Assembly (NCBI RefSeq): GCF_004010195.1
Contig: NC_057750.1
Location: 16,842,726 to 16,906,725 of the forward strand
Direction: 5' to 3'
DNA length: 64,000 nt
From: Chiloscyllium plagiosum
Taxonomy: Eukaryota
This document shows positions 1-11,860 of the stretch, piece after piece. A model generated the notes under the pieces. The model did not search any database. It saw only the letters and a program-made list of their open reading frames with translations, and had not been told where the DNA came from. Both the position numbers and the translations under genes were made by a program. Within the stretch, counting starts at the first letter, position 1. Each line of letters starts with the position of its first letter.

Positions 1-1952
1 GAAAGCTGATTGGAGGCAGATGTTCGCAGGTAAAGGGATGGCTGGAAAATGGGAAGCCTTCAGAAATGAGATAACAAGAATCCAGAGAAAGTATATTCCT
101 GTCAGGGTGAAAGGGAAGGCTGGTAGGTATAGGGAATGCTGGATGACTAAAGAAATTGAGGGTTTGGTTAAGAAAAAGAAGGAAGCATATGTCAGGTACA
201 GACAGGATAGATTGAGTGAATCCTTAGAAGAGTATACTTAAGAGGGAAATAAGGAAGGCAAAACAGGGACATGAGATAGCTTTGGCAAATAGAATTAAGG
301 AGAATCCAAAGGGTTTTTGCAAATATGTTAAGGACAAAAGGGTAACAAAGGAGAGAATAGGGCCCCTCAAAGGTCAGCAAGGCGGCTTTTGTGTGGAGCC
401 ACAGAAAATGGGGGAGATACTAAATGAATATTTTGCATCAGTATTTACTGTGGAAAAGGATATGGAAGATATAGACTGTAGGGAAATAAATGGTGACATC
501 TTGCAAAATGTCCAGATTACAGAGGAGGAAGTGCTGGATGTCCTTGAAATGGTTAAAAGTGGATAATCCCAGAACCTGATCAGGTGTAGCCGAGAACTCT
601 GTGGGAAGCCAGAGAAGTGATTGCTGGGCCTCTTGCTGAGATATTTGTATCATCGATAGTCACAGGTGAGGTGCCAGAAGACTGGAGGTTGGCAAACCTG
701 GTTTAAGAAGGGTGGTAAGGACAAGCCAGGGAACTATAGACCGGTGAGCCTGACCTTGGTAGCAGGCAAGTTGTTAGAGGGAATCCTGAGGGACAGGATG
801 TACATATATTTGGAAAGGCAAGGACTGATTAGGGATAGTCAACATGGCTTTGTGCGTGGGAAATCCTGTCTCACAAACTTGATTGAGTTTTTTGAAGAAG
901 TAACAAAGTAGATTGAAGAGGGCAGAGCAGTCGATGTGATCTATATGGACTTCAGTAAGGCATTTGACAGGTTCCCCATGGGAGACTGATTAGCAAGGTT
1001 AGATCTCATGGAATACAGGGAGAACTCGCCATTTGTAGAAGACAGAGGATTGTGGAGGAGGGTTGTTTTTCAGACTAGAGGCCTGTGAACAGTGGAGTGC
1101 CACAAGGATCGGTGCTGGGCCCTCTACTTTTTGTGAATCACATAAATGATTTTGATGCGAGCATAAGAGGTACAATTAGCAAGTTTGCAGATGACACCAA
1201 AATTGGAGGTGTAGTGGACAGCGAAGAGGGTTACCTCAGATTACAACAGGATCTGGACCAGATTGGCCAATGCGCTGAGAAGTGGCAGGTGGAGTTTAAT
1301 TCAGATAAATGCGAGGTGCTGCATTTTGGGAAAGCAAATCTTAGCAGGACTTATACACTTAATGGTAAGGTCCTAAGGAGTTTTGCTGAACAAAGAGATC
1401 TTGGAGTGTAGGTTCATAGCTCCTTGAAAGTGGAGTCGCAGGTAGATAGGATAGTGAAGAAGGCGTTTGATATGCTTTCCTTTATTGGTCAGAGTACAGG
1501 AGTTGGGAGGTCATGTTGCGGCTGGACAGATCATTGGTTAGGCCACTGTTGGAATATTGCGTGTAATTCTGATCTCCTTCCTATCGGAAAGATGTGAAAC
1601 TTGAAAGGGTTCAGAAAAGATTTACAAGGATGTTGCCAGGGTTGNNNNNNNNNNNNNNNNNNNNNNNNNNNNGGGAAAGATATAAAAGAGACCTAAGGGG
1701 CAATATTTTCACGCAGAGGGTAGTACATGTTTGGAATGAGCTGCCAGAGGAAGTGGTGGAGGCTGGTACAATTGCAACATTTAAGAGGCATTTGGATGGG
1801 TATTTGAATAGGAAGGGTTTGGAGGGATATGGACCAGGTGCCGGCAGGTAGGACTAGATAGGGTTGGGATATATGGTCGGCATGGACGGGTTGGACCGAA
1901 GGGTCTGTTTCCATGCTGTACATCTCTATGACTCTGTGACTCTATGACTCTA
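1..1952 (+). mobile_element. CR1-clade LINE (HER1-like), ORF2 RT region and 3' tail, disrupted
   Basis: [30 protein letters not shown] and KFADDTK motifs with stops and frameshifts; 3' (GACTCTAT)n-like tail; N gap at 1645-1672. Confidence 0.93.
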
Positions 1953-2059
1953 AATGGACGAGAAAAGTTTCAAAGTGATGGCAAGCAAATTTAAGATTAA
2001 TGTCAGCAAGTTTCTGTACCTGATCCTGAATTCTATCTGAAAGATAGAATAGATCTGGG

Positions 2060-2242
2060 CATGGAACGCAATTCCTGCAGCAGTAGTAGACTCGCCAACT
2101 TTAAGGGCATTTAAATGGCCATTGGATAAACATATGGATGAAAAGGAATAGTGTAGAATAGATGGGCTTCAGATTGGTTCCACAGGTTGGCACAACATTG
2201 AGGGCCGAAGGGCCTGTACTGCGCTATAATGTCCTACGTTCT
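2060..2242 (+). mobile_element. CR1-type LINE 3' end fragment
   Basis: GCATGGAAC...CATTTAAA...GGGCCGAAGGGCCTGTACTGCGCT 3' UTR, like the copy ending near 30512. Confidence 0.7.
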
Positions 2243-3154
2243 TAAAAAAGGCAAGTACAGGATGCTAATTTTTCTCTGCTGACCATCAAAATTTGGAATG
2301 AATTGAGAGAGAGAAAATAGTTTCAGAAATGTTTGTGTTTGTGGGGTCATTCTAACGGCCAAGCTCTTCTGTCATTTCCTTGGGAAATTGAGGAAAATGT
2401 GGTCAATATCCTTTCCAATTTATTGACAGGAGGAAGTGTCTTCTTTTAGGAATTACGATATCTGAGCTTATTGAGATGAAGAAAAACCCTCGTTTATCAC
2501 GATTCGCCCAATTCCTGTGTTTACTGCAGCTCATGTGACCTTTGTCCTTTGTGGTGCAATCGCATTACCCAATTCGAGAGCAGGCAAAGGAATTTTTAAA
2601 TGTTGGTTTCTCGTGCCCTCCCACATTCTGGTTGGCTCCACTCCCTTTCACATTTAATTCTCTGAAGCGTTTTCTCCTGCTACCCCTTCCCCCCCCCCTC
2701 CCCCCCCCCCCCCCCCCCGCCAACTTTGTATACGCGATTGTCAAATAATTTGCGTTTATGTAAGGTGAATGTGTTTGGAATTTCCCTGCAGCCCATTCCA
2801 AACAGGAAGCAAAGGTCCAGCTGAACTCTATGCAATAGCATCCTCTGCTGTCCATGATCATGAAAGTGGCTTACCCAGACAAGTCTGAGTTGAGGACCTT
2901 CATCATCCCCAGCAGAAGATCTGGAGATCATAAGATATAGGAACAGGATTTTAGGCCACTCGGCCCATTGAGTCTGCTGCATGATTCGATCATGGCTGAT
3001 GGTGCTCCTCATCCCCATTTTCCTGCCTTCTCCCCATGACCCTTCAACCCCATACCAATTAAAAATCTGTCTCACTCCTGGAATTTACTCACTGTCCCAG
3101 CATCCACCACACTTTGATATCAAAGTGAGGTATTCAAGATGGTCAAAGGTATCG

Positions 3155-3396
3155 CACGGTGGCACAGTGGTTAGCGCTGCTGCCCCAGAGACCCAGGTTC
3201 TATTCCCGCCTCAGTTTGGACATCCTCCCCGTGTCAGTGTGGGTTTGCTCCGGTTTCCTCCCACAGTCCAAAAATGTGCAGATCAGGTGATTTGGCCGTG
3301 CTAAATTGCCCACAGTGTTAGGTGTAGGGGGGTGGGTTGCTCTTTGGAGGGTTGTTGGGCCGAAGGGCCTGTTTCCACACTGTAAGTAATCTAATA
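3155..3396 (+). mobile_element. HE1-type tRNA-derived SINE, internally deleted
   Basis: A-box-like GGCACAGTGGTTAGC; tail GGGCCGAAGGGCCTGTTTCCACACTG plus TAATC. Confidence 0.8.
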
Positions 3397-3450
3397 AAAT
3401 AGATGTGGAGCGGATGCTTCCTCTTGTGCGGCATTCCAGGATGAGAGGAA

Positions 3451-3995
3451 TTGGTTGGGCCAATTTTGGAATATTGCGTGCAATTCTGTTCTCCTTCCTA
3501 TCGGAAGGATGTTATGAAATTTGAAAGGGGTGCAGAAAAGATTTACCAGGATGTTGCCAGGGTTGGAGGATTTGAGCTACGGGGAGAGGCTGAACAGGCT
3601 GGGGCTGTTTTCCCTGGAGCGTCGGAGGCTGAGGGGTGACCTTATAGAGGTTTGTAAAATCATGATGGGCATGGATAGGGTAAATAGTCAAAGTCTTTTC
3701 CCTGGGGTGGGGGTGCCTGGAACTAGAGGGCGTAAGTTTAGGATGAGAGGAAAAAGATTTAAAAGGAACCTCAGGGGCAACTTTTTAACACAGAGGGTGG
3801 TGCGTATATGGAATGAGTTGCCAGAGGATGTGGCAGAGGTTGGTGCAATTACAGCATTTAAAAGGCATCTAGATGGGTATATGAATAGGAAGGGTTTAGA
3901 GGGATATGAACCAAGTGCTGGCAAATGGGACTAGATTAGGTTAGGATAGCTGGTCAGCATGGACGAGTTGAATCGAAGGGTCTGTTTCCATGTTG
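3451..3995 (+). mobile_element. CR1 LINE 3' fragment
   Basis: [40 protein letters not shown]. Confidence 0.92.
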
Positions 3996-4122
3996 CACGT
4001 GAGCCATGAGGAGGTGATGGCCTAGGGGTACAATCACTGGGCTGTTACTACAGAGACCCTGGTAATGATCTGGGGACCCAGGTTCAATCCCTGCTTATGG
4101 TAGAAGTTGAGTTCAATTTTTA

Positions 4123-4345
4123 TGGTGGCTCAGTGGCTAGCATTGCTGCCTCACGGCACCAGGGTCCCAGGTTCGATTCCAACCTTGGGCAACTGTCTGT
4201 GTGGAGTTTGCAAGTTCTCCCCAGGTGAACTGGCCATGTTTATTTGCCCATAGTGTGAGGTGCATTAGTCAGAGGGAAATGGATCTGGGTGGGTTACTCT
4301 TCAGAGGGTCAGTGTGGACTGGTTGGGCCGAAGGGCCTGTTTCCA
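4123..4345 (+). mobile_element. HE1-type SINE
   Basis: A box, GGTTCGATTCC B box and LINE-derived tail. Confidence 0.8.
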
Positions 4346-4536
4346 CACTGTAGGGACTCTAATCTCTCTGACTCCTCGGCTTCTACCCCAATAGCCTCCA
4401 TGTTTTTCCGCCATTTCCAGCTGCCACCAGGACACATCTTCCACTGCCCTCCCCCAGCAGTGTTTCAAAGAGGTGTTGCCCCCAACAATGACCTGCTCCT
4501 CAATCGCCTCCAAAATTCCTGTTAATGTTTAAAGTG

Positions 4537-4853
4537 GGCGGCACAGTGGTTAGCACTGCTGCCTCGCAGTGCCAGAGACCCGGGTTCAATTCCCGCCTCA
4601 GGCAACTATCTGTGTGGAGTTTGCACATTCTCCCCGTGTCTGCGTGGGTTTCCTCCGGGTGCTCCGGTTTCCTCCCGCAGTCCAAAAATGTGCAGGTCAG
4701 GTGAATTGGCCAGGCTAAATTGCCCGTAGTGTTAGGTGAAGTGATAAATGTAGGGGAATGGGTCTGGGTGGGTTACGCATCGGCGGGTCGGTGTGGACTT
4801 GTTGGGCCGAAGGGCCTGTTTCCACACTGTTCGTAATCTAATCTAATCTAATC
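4537..4853 (+). mobile_element. HE1-type SINE, full length
   Basis: tRNA-like head (GGCACAGTGGTTAGCACTG..GGTTCAATTCC), conserved central domain, CR1-like tail, (TAATC)n end. Confidence 0.88.
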
Positions 4854-5009
4854 ATTCCCTGCCAACGTCCTGTTCTTAGGGCACCTCACGGTGCAAGCCA
4901 TACAGGATATGCAGGACCTGCCCTTCAATGACCTGCATCTTGGTGCGCAGGAACTCAGACCCACAGTTTGCAATGTCACCAAAACCTAGGAGCGTTTCAA
5001 ACTACCAGG

Positions 5010-5865
5010 AGGATAGTGCAGAACTCCAAAAGGACATTGCCAAATTGGTGGAGTGATGGATAGGTGGCAGATGGGGCTCAGTGCAGAGGAGACTGAGGTG
5101 ATACATTTTGGTTGGAAGGATATTGAAAGACAATAGGTACAAAGAGTATAGTTCTAAGTGGGAGGGAATACAGGAGCAGAGAGACTGATGAGTGTCTATG
5201 CATTAAAAATAGCAGGACAGTTGGAGAGCGCAGTAAAGCAGACAGTGTCCTGGCTTTATTAATAAGGAGGAAGAGAGTACAAAAGCAAGGAGGTGGTGTT
5301 GAACTTATATAAGACCGTTGTTAGACCTCATGATTTGGAGATGTTGGTGTTGGACTGGGGTGTACAGAGTTAAAAATCACACAACACCAGGTTACAGTCC
5401 AACAGGATTAATTGGAAGCGCTAGCTTTCGGAGCGACGCTCCTTCATCAGGTGGTTGATGAAGGAGCATCTGATGAACAACCACCTGATGAAGGAGCGCC
5501 TCTCCGAAAGCTAGCGCTTCCAATTAAACCTGTTGGACTGTAACCTGGTGTTGTGTGATTTTTAACGTTGTTAGACCTCAGATGTGTTTGGTTGTCGGTG
5601 CTGCATTCGAGGAAGGATGTGAATGTGAGTGCCGAGCGGTTTACAAGAATGGTTCCCAGGAATGACGAACTCCAGTTATGAGGATAAATTGAAGAAGATG
5701 GGGATGTTCTCCTTGGGAGGAACTCTAATAGGGGTTTTCAGAATCATACACAGGCTGGATAGATAGGGATAAAACCTGTAAAAGGTACAAGAACGAGAGG
5801 GCATAGATTTAAATTGATTCACAAACGAGGCAAAGATGATGTGAGGCAAACATTTTCACTCAGCG
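5010..5865 (+). mobile_element. Old CR1/L2-type LINE 3' remnant interrupted by a Penelope-derived insertion
   Basis: Degenerate LQKDI..WQM..HFG, LYKT.VRP and RTRGHRFK-like coding signal. Confidence 0.6.
5331..5565. mobile_element. Penelope-like pLTR-derived palindromic element, family B (GAAAGCTA hammerhead type)
   Basis: Inverted arms 5369-~5455 and ~5478-5566; 15-bp TSD CGTTGTTAGACCTCA (5316-5330, 5566-5580); CTGATGA..GAAAGCTA cores on both strands. Confidence 0.75.
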
Positions 5866-5867
5866 GG

Positions 5868-7675
5868 CAAACAACAAAGAAACAAAGAAGATTAACAGCC
5901 CAGGAGCAGGCCCTTCGGCCCTCCACGCCTGAGCCGATCCAAATCTACTGTCCAAACCTGTCGCCCAACTCCTAAGCATCTGTATCCCTCTGCTCCCCAC
6001 CTACTCGTGCATCTGTCCAGACGCATCTTAAATGAACCTACCGTGCCTGCCTCTGCCCCCTCTGCTGGCAACACGTTCCAGGCACCCACCACCCTCTGTG
6101 TGAAGTACTTGCCGTGTGTATCCCCCTTAAACTTTTCACCTCTCACCTTGAAAGCGTGACCTCTCGTTATTGAATCCTTCGCCCTGGGAAAAAGCTTATC
6201 TCTATCCATCCTTCATGATTTTGTAGACCTCAATCAGGTCCCCCCTCAATCTCCTTTTTTCTAATGAAAACAACCGTAACCTACTCAACCTCTCTTCATA
6301 GCTAGCACCTTCCATACCAAGCAACATCCGTGTAAACCTTCTCCGCACCCTCTCCTTTGGTAATGTGGCGACCAGAAGCATACATAGTCTTCTAAATGCA
6401 GCCAAACCAATGTCTTGTACAATTTAACATTACCTGCCAGCTCTTATACTCAATACCCTGTCCATATGCCTTGTTGACCACTCTATCCACCTGTGCAGCA
6501 ACCTTCAGGGTACAATGGACCTGAACTCCCAGATCTCTCTGCTCATTAACATTTCCCAAGGCTTTTCTGTTTACTGTATAATTCGCTCTAGAATTAGATA
6601 TCCCAAAATGCATCACCTCACATTTGCCTGGATTGAACTCCATCTGCCACTTCTCCGCTCAACTCTCCAGTCTATCCATATTGTCCTGTATTCTTTGACA
6701 GTCCCCTATGCTTTCTGCTACTCCACCAATCTTCATGTCATCTGCAAACTTGCTGATCATACCAACAGTGCCTTCTTCCAGATCATTTATGTATATCACA
6801 AACAATAGTGGCCCCAGCACTGATCCCTGTGAAACACCACTGGTCACCTTTCTCTATTTCAAGTAACTCCCTTCAACTACTACTCCCCGTCTCCTGTTGC
6901 TCAACCAGTTCTTTATCCACCTAGCTAGAACACCCTGCACACCATGTAACCTCACTTTCTCCATTAGTTTACCACGGGGAACCTTATCAACTGCCTTACT
7001 AAAGTCCATGTATATGACATCTGCAGCCCTTCCTTCATCTATCAACTTGGTCACTTCCTCAAAGAACTCTATTAAGTTGGTAAGGCACGATCTCCCCCGC
7101 ACAAAACCATGTTGCCTGTCACCGATAAGCCCATTCTTTACCAAATATAAATAGACTTTATCTCTCAGTGCCTTCACCAGCAACTTTCCCACCACTGACG
7201 TCAGGCTCACTGGTCTGTAGTTACGTGGGATATCCCTACTACCCTTCTTGTAGAGGGGGACAACATGAGCAACCCTCTAGTCTTCCAGCACCTCACCTGT
7301 GTTTAAGGATGCTACAAAGATATCGGTCAGGGCCCCAGCTATTTCCTCTCCCGCCTCCCTCAGCAGATCCCATCCGGTCCTGGGGATTTGTCCACCTTAA
7401 TAACCTCTAGCCGACCCAACACATCTTCCCTACTTATGTCAACACGATCCAGAGTAATCAAACGTCTATCTCTCATCTCAACATTCATCATATCCCTCTC
7501 CACAGTGAACACTGAAGAAGGGCTTATGCCCGAAACGTCGATTCTCCTGCTCCTTTGATGCTGCCTGACCTGCTGCGCTTTTCCAGCAACTCATTCTTAA
7601 GCTCTGACCTCCAGCATCTGCAGTCCTCACTTTCTCCTCAGTGAACACTGACGCAAAGTATTCATTCAGAATCTC
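5868..7675 (-). mobile_element. CR1-clade LINE (second subfamily), RT to 3' end, disrupted
   Basis: Minus-strand ORFs [46 protein letters not shown]. Confidence 0.92.
7516..7638 (+). mobile_element. Penelope-like pLTR fragment, family A, inserted in CR1
   Basis: 13-bp direct flanks CAGTGAACACTGA (7503-7515, 7639-7651); CTGAAGA-AGGGC TTAT GCCC-GAAACGTC. Confidence 0.75.
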
Positions 7676-7769
7676 CTGGGCAGTTAGGTACAGAATGCAC
7701 TGCCTGAGAAAATGGTGGAGACAGGTTCAGTTGAGGCATTGGATGGTCAGTTGGATAGAAACAATCTGT

Positions 7770-8078
7770 AAGATTAGATTAGATTCCCTACAGTATGGAA
7801 ACAGGCCATTTGGCCCAACAAGTCCACACCGACCCTCTGAAGAGTAACCCACTCCCCTCTGACTAACGCACCTAATACTATGGACAATTTAGCATGGCCA
7901 ATTCACCTGACCTGCACATCTTTGGATTGTGGGAGGAAACTGGAGCACCCGGAGGAAACCCACGCAGACACGGGGAGAATATGCTAACTCCACACAGACA
8001 GTCACCCGAGGCTGGAATCGAACCTGGGACCCTGGTGCTGTGAGGCAGCAGTGCTAACCACTGAGCCACCGTGCCACC
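7770..8078 (-). mobile_element. HE1-type SINE
   Basis: Reverse complement of the 4537-4853 type; (GATTA)n at the left end. Confidence 0.88.
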
Positions 8079-8388
8079 TAAACCTAAGGTTTAGGGAAAA
8101 GGGAGTCAGAATGCTGACTGGAGAGCTAGTGTAGGCATGGTTGGCCGAATGGCCTCCTTCTGCACAGTATCAGTTCTGTGACTCTTGGCTTCTCACTGTC
8201 GAAGGGCCCTGATCTACCTTCCAACAGAAACAGCAATTCTCCTACATTTCTCCCAGTTTAGCATTCTGTTCTGCTGATCGTGATGTCTCCTCTGCATTGG
8301 AGAGACACAAATGTAGGCTGGGTCCGAGTCTTGTAGAGCTCCTCTGTCAACCTGCAGTCACAACTGAGTTCAACAGTTTTAAATCATA

Positions 8389-8616
8389 CTAGGCAGAAGT
8401 GGGTACTGCAGATGCTGGAGATTAGAATCAAGATGAGAGTGGTGCTGGAAAAGCACAGCAGGTCAGACAGCATCCGAGGAGCAGGAAAACCAACATTTTG
8501 GGCAAAAGCCCTTCATCAGGAATCCTGATGAAGGGATTTTGATCAAAACATCGATTTTTCTGCTCCTCAGATGCTGCCTGACCTGCTGTGCTTTTCCAGC
8601 GCCATTCTAATCTTAA
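8389..8616. mobile_element. Penelope-like pLTR-derived palindromic element, family A
   Basis: Inverted arms centred on TTCATCAGGAATCCTGATGAA; 12-bp TSD TTTTAAATCATA (8377-8388, 8617-8628). Confidence 0.75.
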
Positions 8617-8759
8617 TTTTAAATCATATCCCTGCTTAAATTTGCGTGTGTTGATTTTTATCTGGTTTCATTTTATCTCATGGCAGCATCACCAGGTGGA
8701 GCAGCAATTGCACAGATGCAGGAAGGCAGCATCACACAGAGATGCATTGTTCGGCCGGG

Positions 8760-9126
8760 AACAGGCAACCGCTGCCTGTCACAAAGATGGGGCTGTTCAA
8801 TGAAGAACAGGCAGTGACTGCCTGTCACAAAGATGGTGCTGTGCAGCAAAGAACAGGCAACCGCTGCCTGTCACAAAGATGGGGCTGTTCATTGAAGAAC
8901 AAGCAGTGACTGCCTGTCACAAAGATGGTGCTGTGCAGCAAAGAACAGGCAAAGGCTGCCTGTCACAAAGATGGGGCTGTTCAATGAAGAACAGGCAATG
9001 GCTGCCTGTCACAAAGATGGTGCTGTCCAGCAAAGAACAGGCAACCGCTGCCTGTCACAAAGATGGGGCTGTTCAATGAAGAACAGGCAGTGACTGCCTG
9101 TCACAAAGATGGTGCTGTCCAGCAAG
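8760..9126. repeat. Tandem repeat, 8 x 46 bp arranged as 4 x 92 bp higher-order units
   Basis: ACAGGCA-type anchors at 8761, 8807, 8853, 8899, 8945, 8991, 9037, 9083; A and B variants alternate. Confidence 0.92.
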
Positions 9127-9768
9127 GGTGGAGCTGTCAAATACTAGGGAGCACAAGTTTAATATGAGGGGGGAGGTTTGGAGGAGATGTGTGAGAAGGT
9201 TTTTACACAGGGTGGTAAGTACCAGCTATGTGCTAGCATGGGAGGAGGTCGGAGCTGGTGGATGTAAAAGATTCCTTGGCACTAACTTGAAGAGCTTCTC
9301 CCTGGAGTCCTGGCATTACCCGAGGTACTGGAGATGATACTGACAATTCTCCTGCTCCTTTGATGCTGCCTGACCTGCTGCACTTTTCCAGCAAAACATT
9401 TTTCAGCTTAAAAGCCCAGTGCCCAGAACGCTACCGCAGTCACTGGATCAGTAATCCAGTGAAAATACCACCACGCCATTAACCCCCACCATAGTGAGGG
9501 AGGGTTGGCAATATTCGTGAAACTGTGGAGACTGACTATTATCTATCGGTCTTTGACCATGCCCAGTGCATTCTCCCAGTGGGAAGATGAATGTGAGTAG
9601 GAAGATGGTTTGCTAATTTGTGGGTGGCTGCTTAATAATACTGAGTGACATTAACAGAGTTGGTTCAATTCCTGTACTGACTGAGGTCAACATGAAAGCC
9701 CAACCTTATCAACCTTGCCCCATGCTTGAATCACAGTGACCCTCAGGTTAAACTCTCCACCAGTCGTC

Positions 9769-9803
<35 letters not shown>

Positions 9804-10038
9804 AATGACAGAGCAAACTATAGCCCTCTGGCACTATGGCAATTACCACTTTATTTGTTTGGATTTGGAATGGGAAAGGAGACGAATGGGCACAATGTCC
9901 TGTGGGCTGGAGACCAATGTGGGTGGGCCTGAGGGGTGTTAGAACATAGAACAGTACAGGCCCTTCAGCCCTCCACATCTGTGTTGACCATGATGCAATT
10001 CTAAACTGATCCCATCTGCCTGTACGTGGTCTGTATCC

Positions 10039-10174
10039 TGTATTCCTGATGAAGGGCTTTTGCCTGAAACATCGATTTTCCTGCTCCTTAGATGCTGCCT
10101 GACCTGCTGTGCTTTTCCAGCACCACTCTAATCAATACTCTGGTTTCCAGCATCTGCAGTCCTTGTTTTTACCA
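10039..10174 (+). mobile_element. Penelope-like pLTR fragment, family A
   Basis: TSD TGGTCTGTATCC (10027-10038, 10175-10186); CTGATGAAGGGCTTTTGCCTGAAAC. Confidence 0.72.
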
Positions 10175-10545
10175 TGGTCTGTATCCCCCTATTCCCTGCC
10201 TGTTCATGTGTATGTCTAACATAGTTATTGTCTATGCTTCTCACACCTCCCCTGGTAGCACAATACCCTCTGTCTATAAAGAAAGACTGTCCTTGCACAC
10301 CTCCTTTAAACTTTCACCCTTTCATCCCAATGCCCTTTAGTATTTGACATTTCCACCCTGGGAAAACACATTCCAAGCATTCTATGTAATCCAGGCCTCT
10401 CAACCTTATATACGTCTGCCACGTTGCCCCCTCAACCTCCAAGAAAACAATCCAAGTTTGTCCAAGCCCTCCTTACACCACCCAATCCAGGAAACATCCT
10501 GGTAAACCTCCTTTGCACCCTCCACACCCAGAACTTCACACAATG

Positions 10546-10759
10546 CAGTCAGTTCTGTTATAATGTGCGTATCTTCAACACAAATTGGCTACAACGCGAT
10601 TGAAGAATTTAGACCATTATTTGTGGAACTTGAACTTTCCTTCCCTGTATTGGCTATAACTCCAGTCCCATTGGTTTTAATGGTGCTGCTCTGACACGGT
10701 TTTCTTATAACGTGGGATCGCATAGGAACTGCACTAACGTGTTGTGTCAGAACCGACTG
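10546..10759. mobile_element. Non-autonomous DNA transposon (Tc1/mariner/Tigger-like MITE)
   Basis: Terminal inverted repeats CAGTCAGTTCTG... and ...CAGAACCGACTG; splits the host CR1 at a probable TA site. Confidence 0.6.
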
Positions 10760-11569
10760 CACTCCAAATGTGGCCCAGCTAATGTTTCATACAGCTGCAA
10801 CATGACTGACCAACTTTTGTACGTCGTACCCAGACCCCACATTGTTGCGTTGGGACACTTAGTCTGGCTCTATGGGAAGCTGAGTGAGTGTGTAGATTGT
10901 GAAGTGTCATGTAAGGAGCTAGAACTGAGCACGTGACATGCTCATGAGATGGCAAATGTGATCATGTGATGTCACATGATCCTATCTCTTGTGGCACGAT
11001 GAAGCCACAGTGGGATGTTTCTGAATGAAAATTCACGTTTCCGTCAGCTCAGAGCTTTATAATATTCTTTAGCAGCTCAATGGGACCATGAATATTCAAG
11101 GGAGCAGTGTGAATTGTGTCAACAGCTAACTGTCAGTGAAGTGTTTTATCTTTATTTCATTTTTTTTTAAAGTCTTGCCAGCCCATCCCCTTGCCCTTGT
11201 ACCATTCCCTTGGGGTTGACCATTGTGGTCTTGGCTGAAGTTCATGTTACTTGTCTGACCTTCCTACCTTAGCCTTGGATATGCTGATTGGACACGTCAG
11301 AGAGCTGCTCACACCCAGGAATTCAATTTCCCCAAGATTCAGGGTCCTCCTGCAAAGACGAGGAGGCAATGAACAGCTAACCTTCGTGAGGCTTAAGATA
11401 ATTAAAGGATTTGATTCAATGGGAGAGAAAAGTTATTTCCGCTCAGAGGGAGCATAACGCTTAATTGTTCTCTGTTTAACAATTCTTTTGATCCAGCTCC
11501 CTCAGAGCCAGATCTCAGAGTGAGCAGAACCTCTGACACTCATGTCTTTTTTAATATCTTTTTCCCCAT

Positions 11570-11860
11570 GTCGTGTGTGTGTGTGTGTAGGTGTAAGACA
11601 CAGTGAAAAACAACAAGTGTGTAAATCTTTATTCATATTCCACCACCAGGAAGAAAGGGAAACTGAGTGGCCAGTGACAAGCAGTGCCCTTCTCATCAAA
11701 GGGCAATGCTGAGTGATCAAAAAGTGAAGGGGAGGGCAGGGATTAAATCAAAATATAGTCAGAAGAGGAAATAAAACACTCCACATGGTGCCCACTTCTC
11801 CCTGAAAACCTCGAGGGTGTTGGTAGACACCGTGTGCTCCTTCTCCAAAGACACCCTGGG
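11570..11860 (-). mobile_element. Probable LINE 3' end (possibly Tx1/L1-like) ending in AATAAA and (CA)n
   Basis: Minus-strand GAATAAAGATTTACACAC then a CA microsatellite; family assignment tentative. Confidence 0.4.

Larger units (their letters stand above)
9940..10825 (-). mobile_element. Degenerate CR1 LINE 3' remnant hosting two younger insertions
   Basis: AGAACATAGAACAGTACAGGCCCTTC tail and CR1-like 3' sequence on the minus strand. Confidence 0.7.

Noticed and set aside
2688..2718. Poly-C tract (also 14864-14884) as a functional G-quadruplex or proline-rich coding segment
   Set aside because: Simple homopolymer with unreliable length and no supporting context.
2869..2930. Minus-strand TGG|GTAAGC donor-like site with a short upstream ORF
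   Set aside because: No recognisable protein or matching acceptor; a non-coding exon cannot be excluded without RNA data.
4537..4620. tRNA genes
   Set aside because: The A/B boxes belong to tRNA-derived SINE heads; no complete cloverleaf is present.
8760..9126. CRISPR-like array of palindromic repeats
   Set aside because: No unique spacers, no cas genes and a vertebrate context; it is a tandem repeat.
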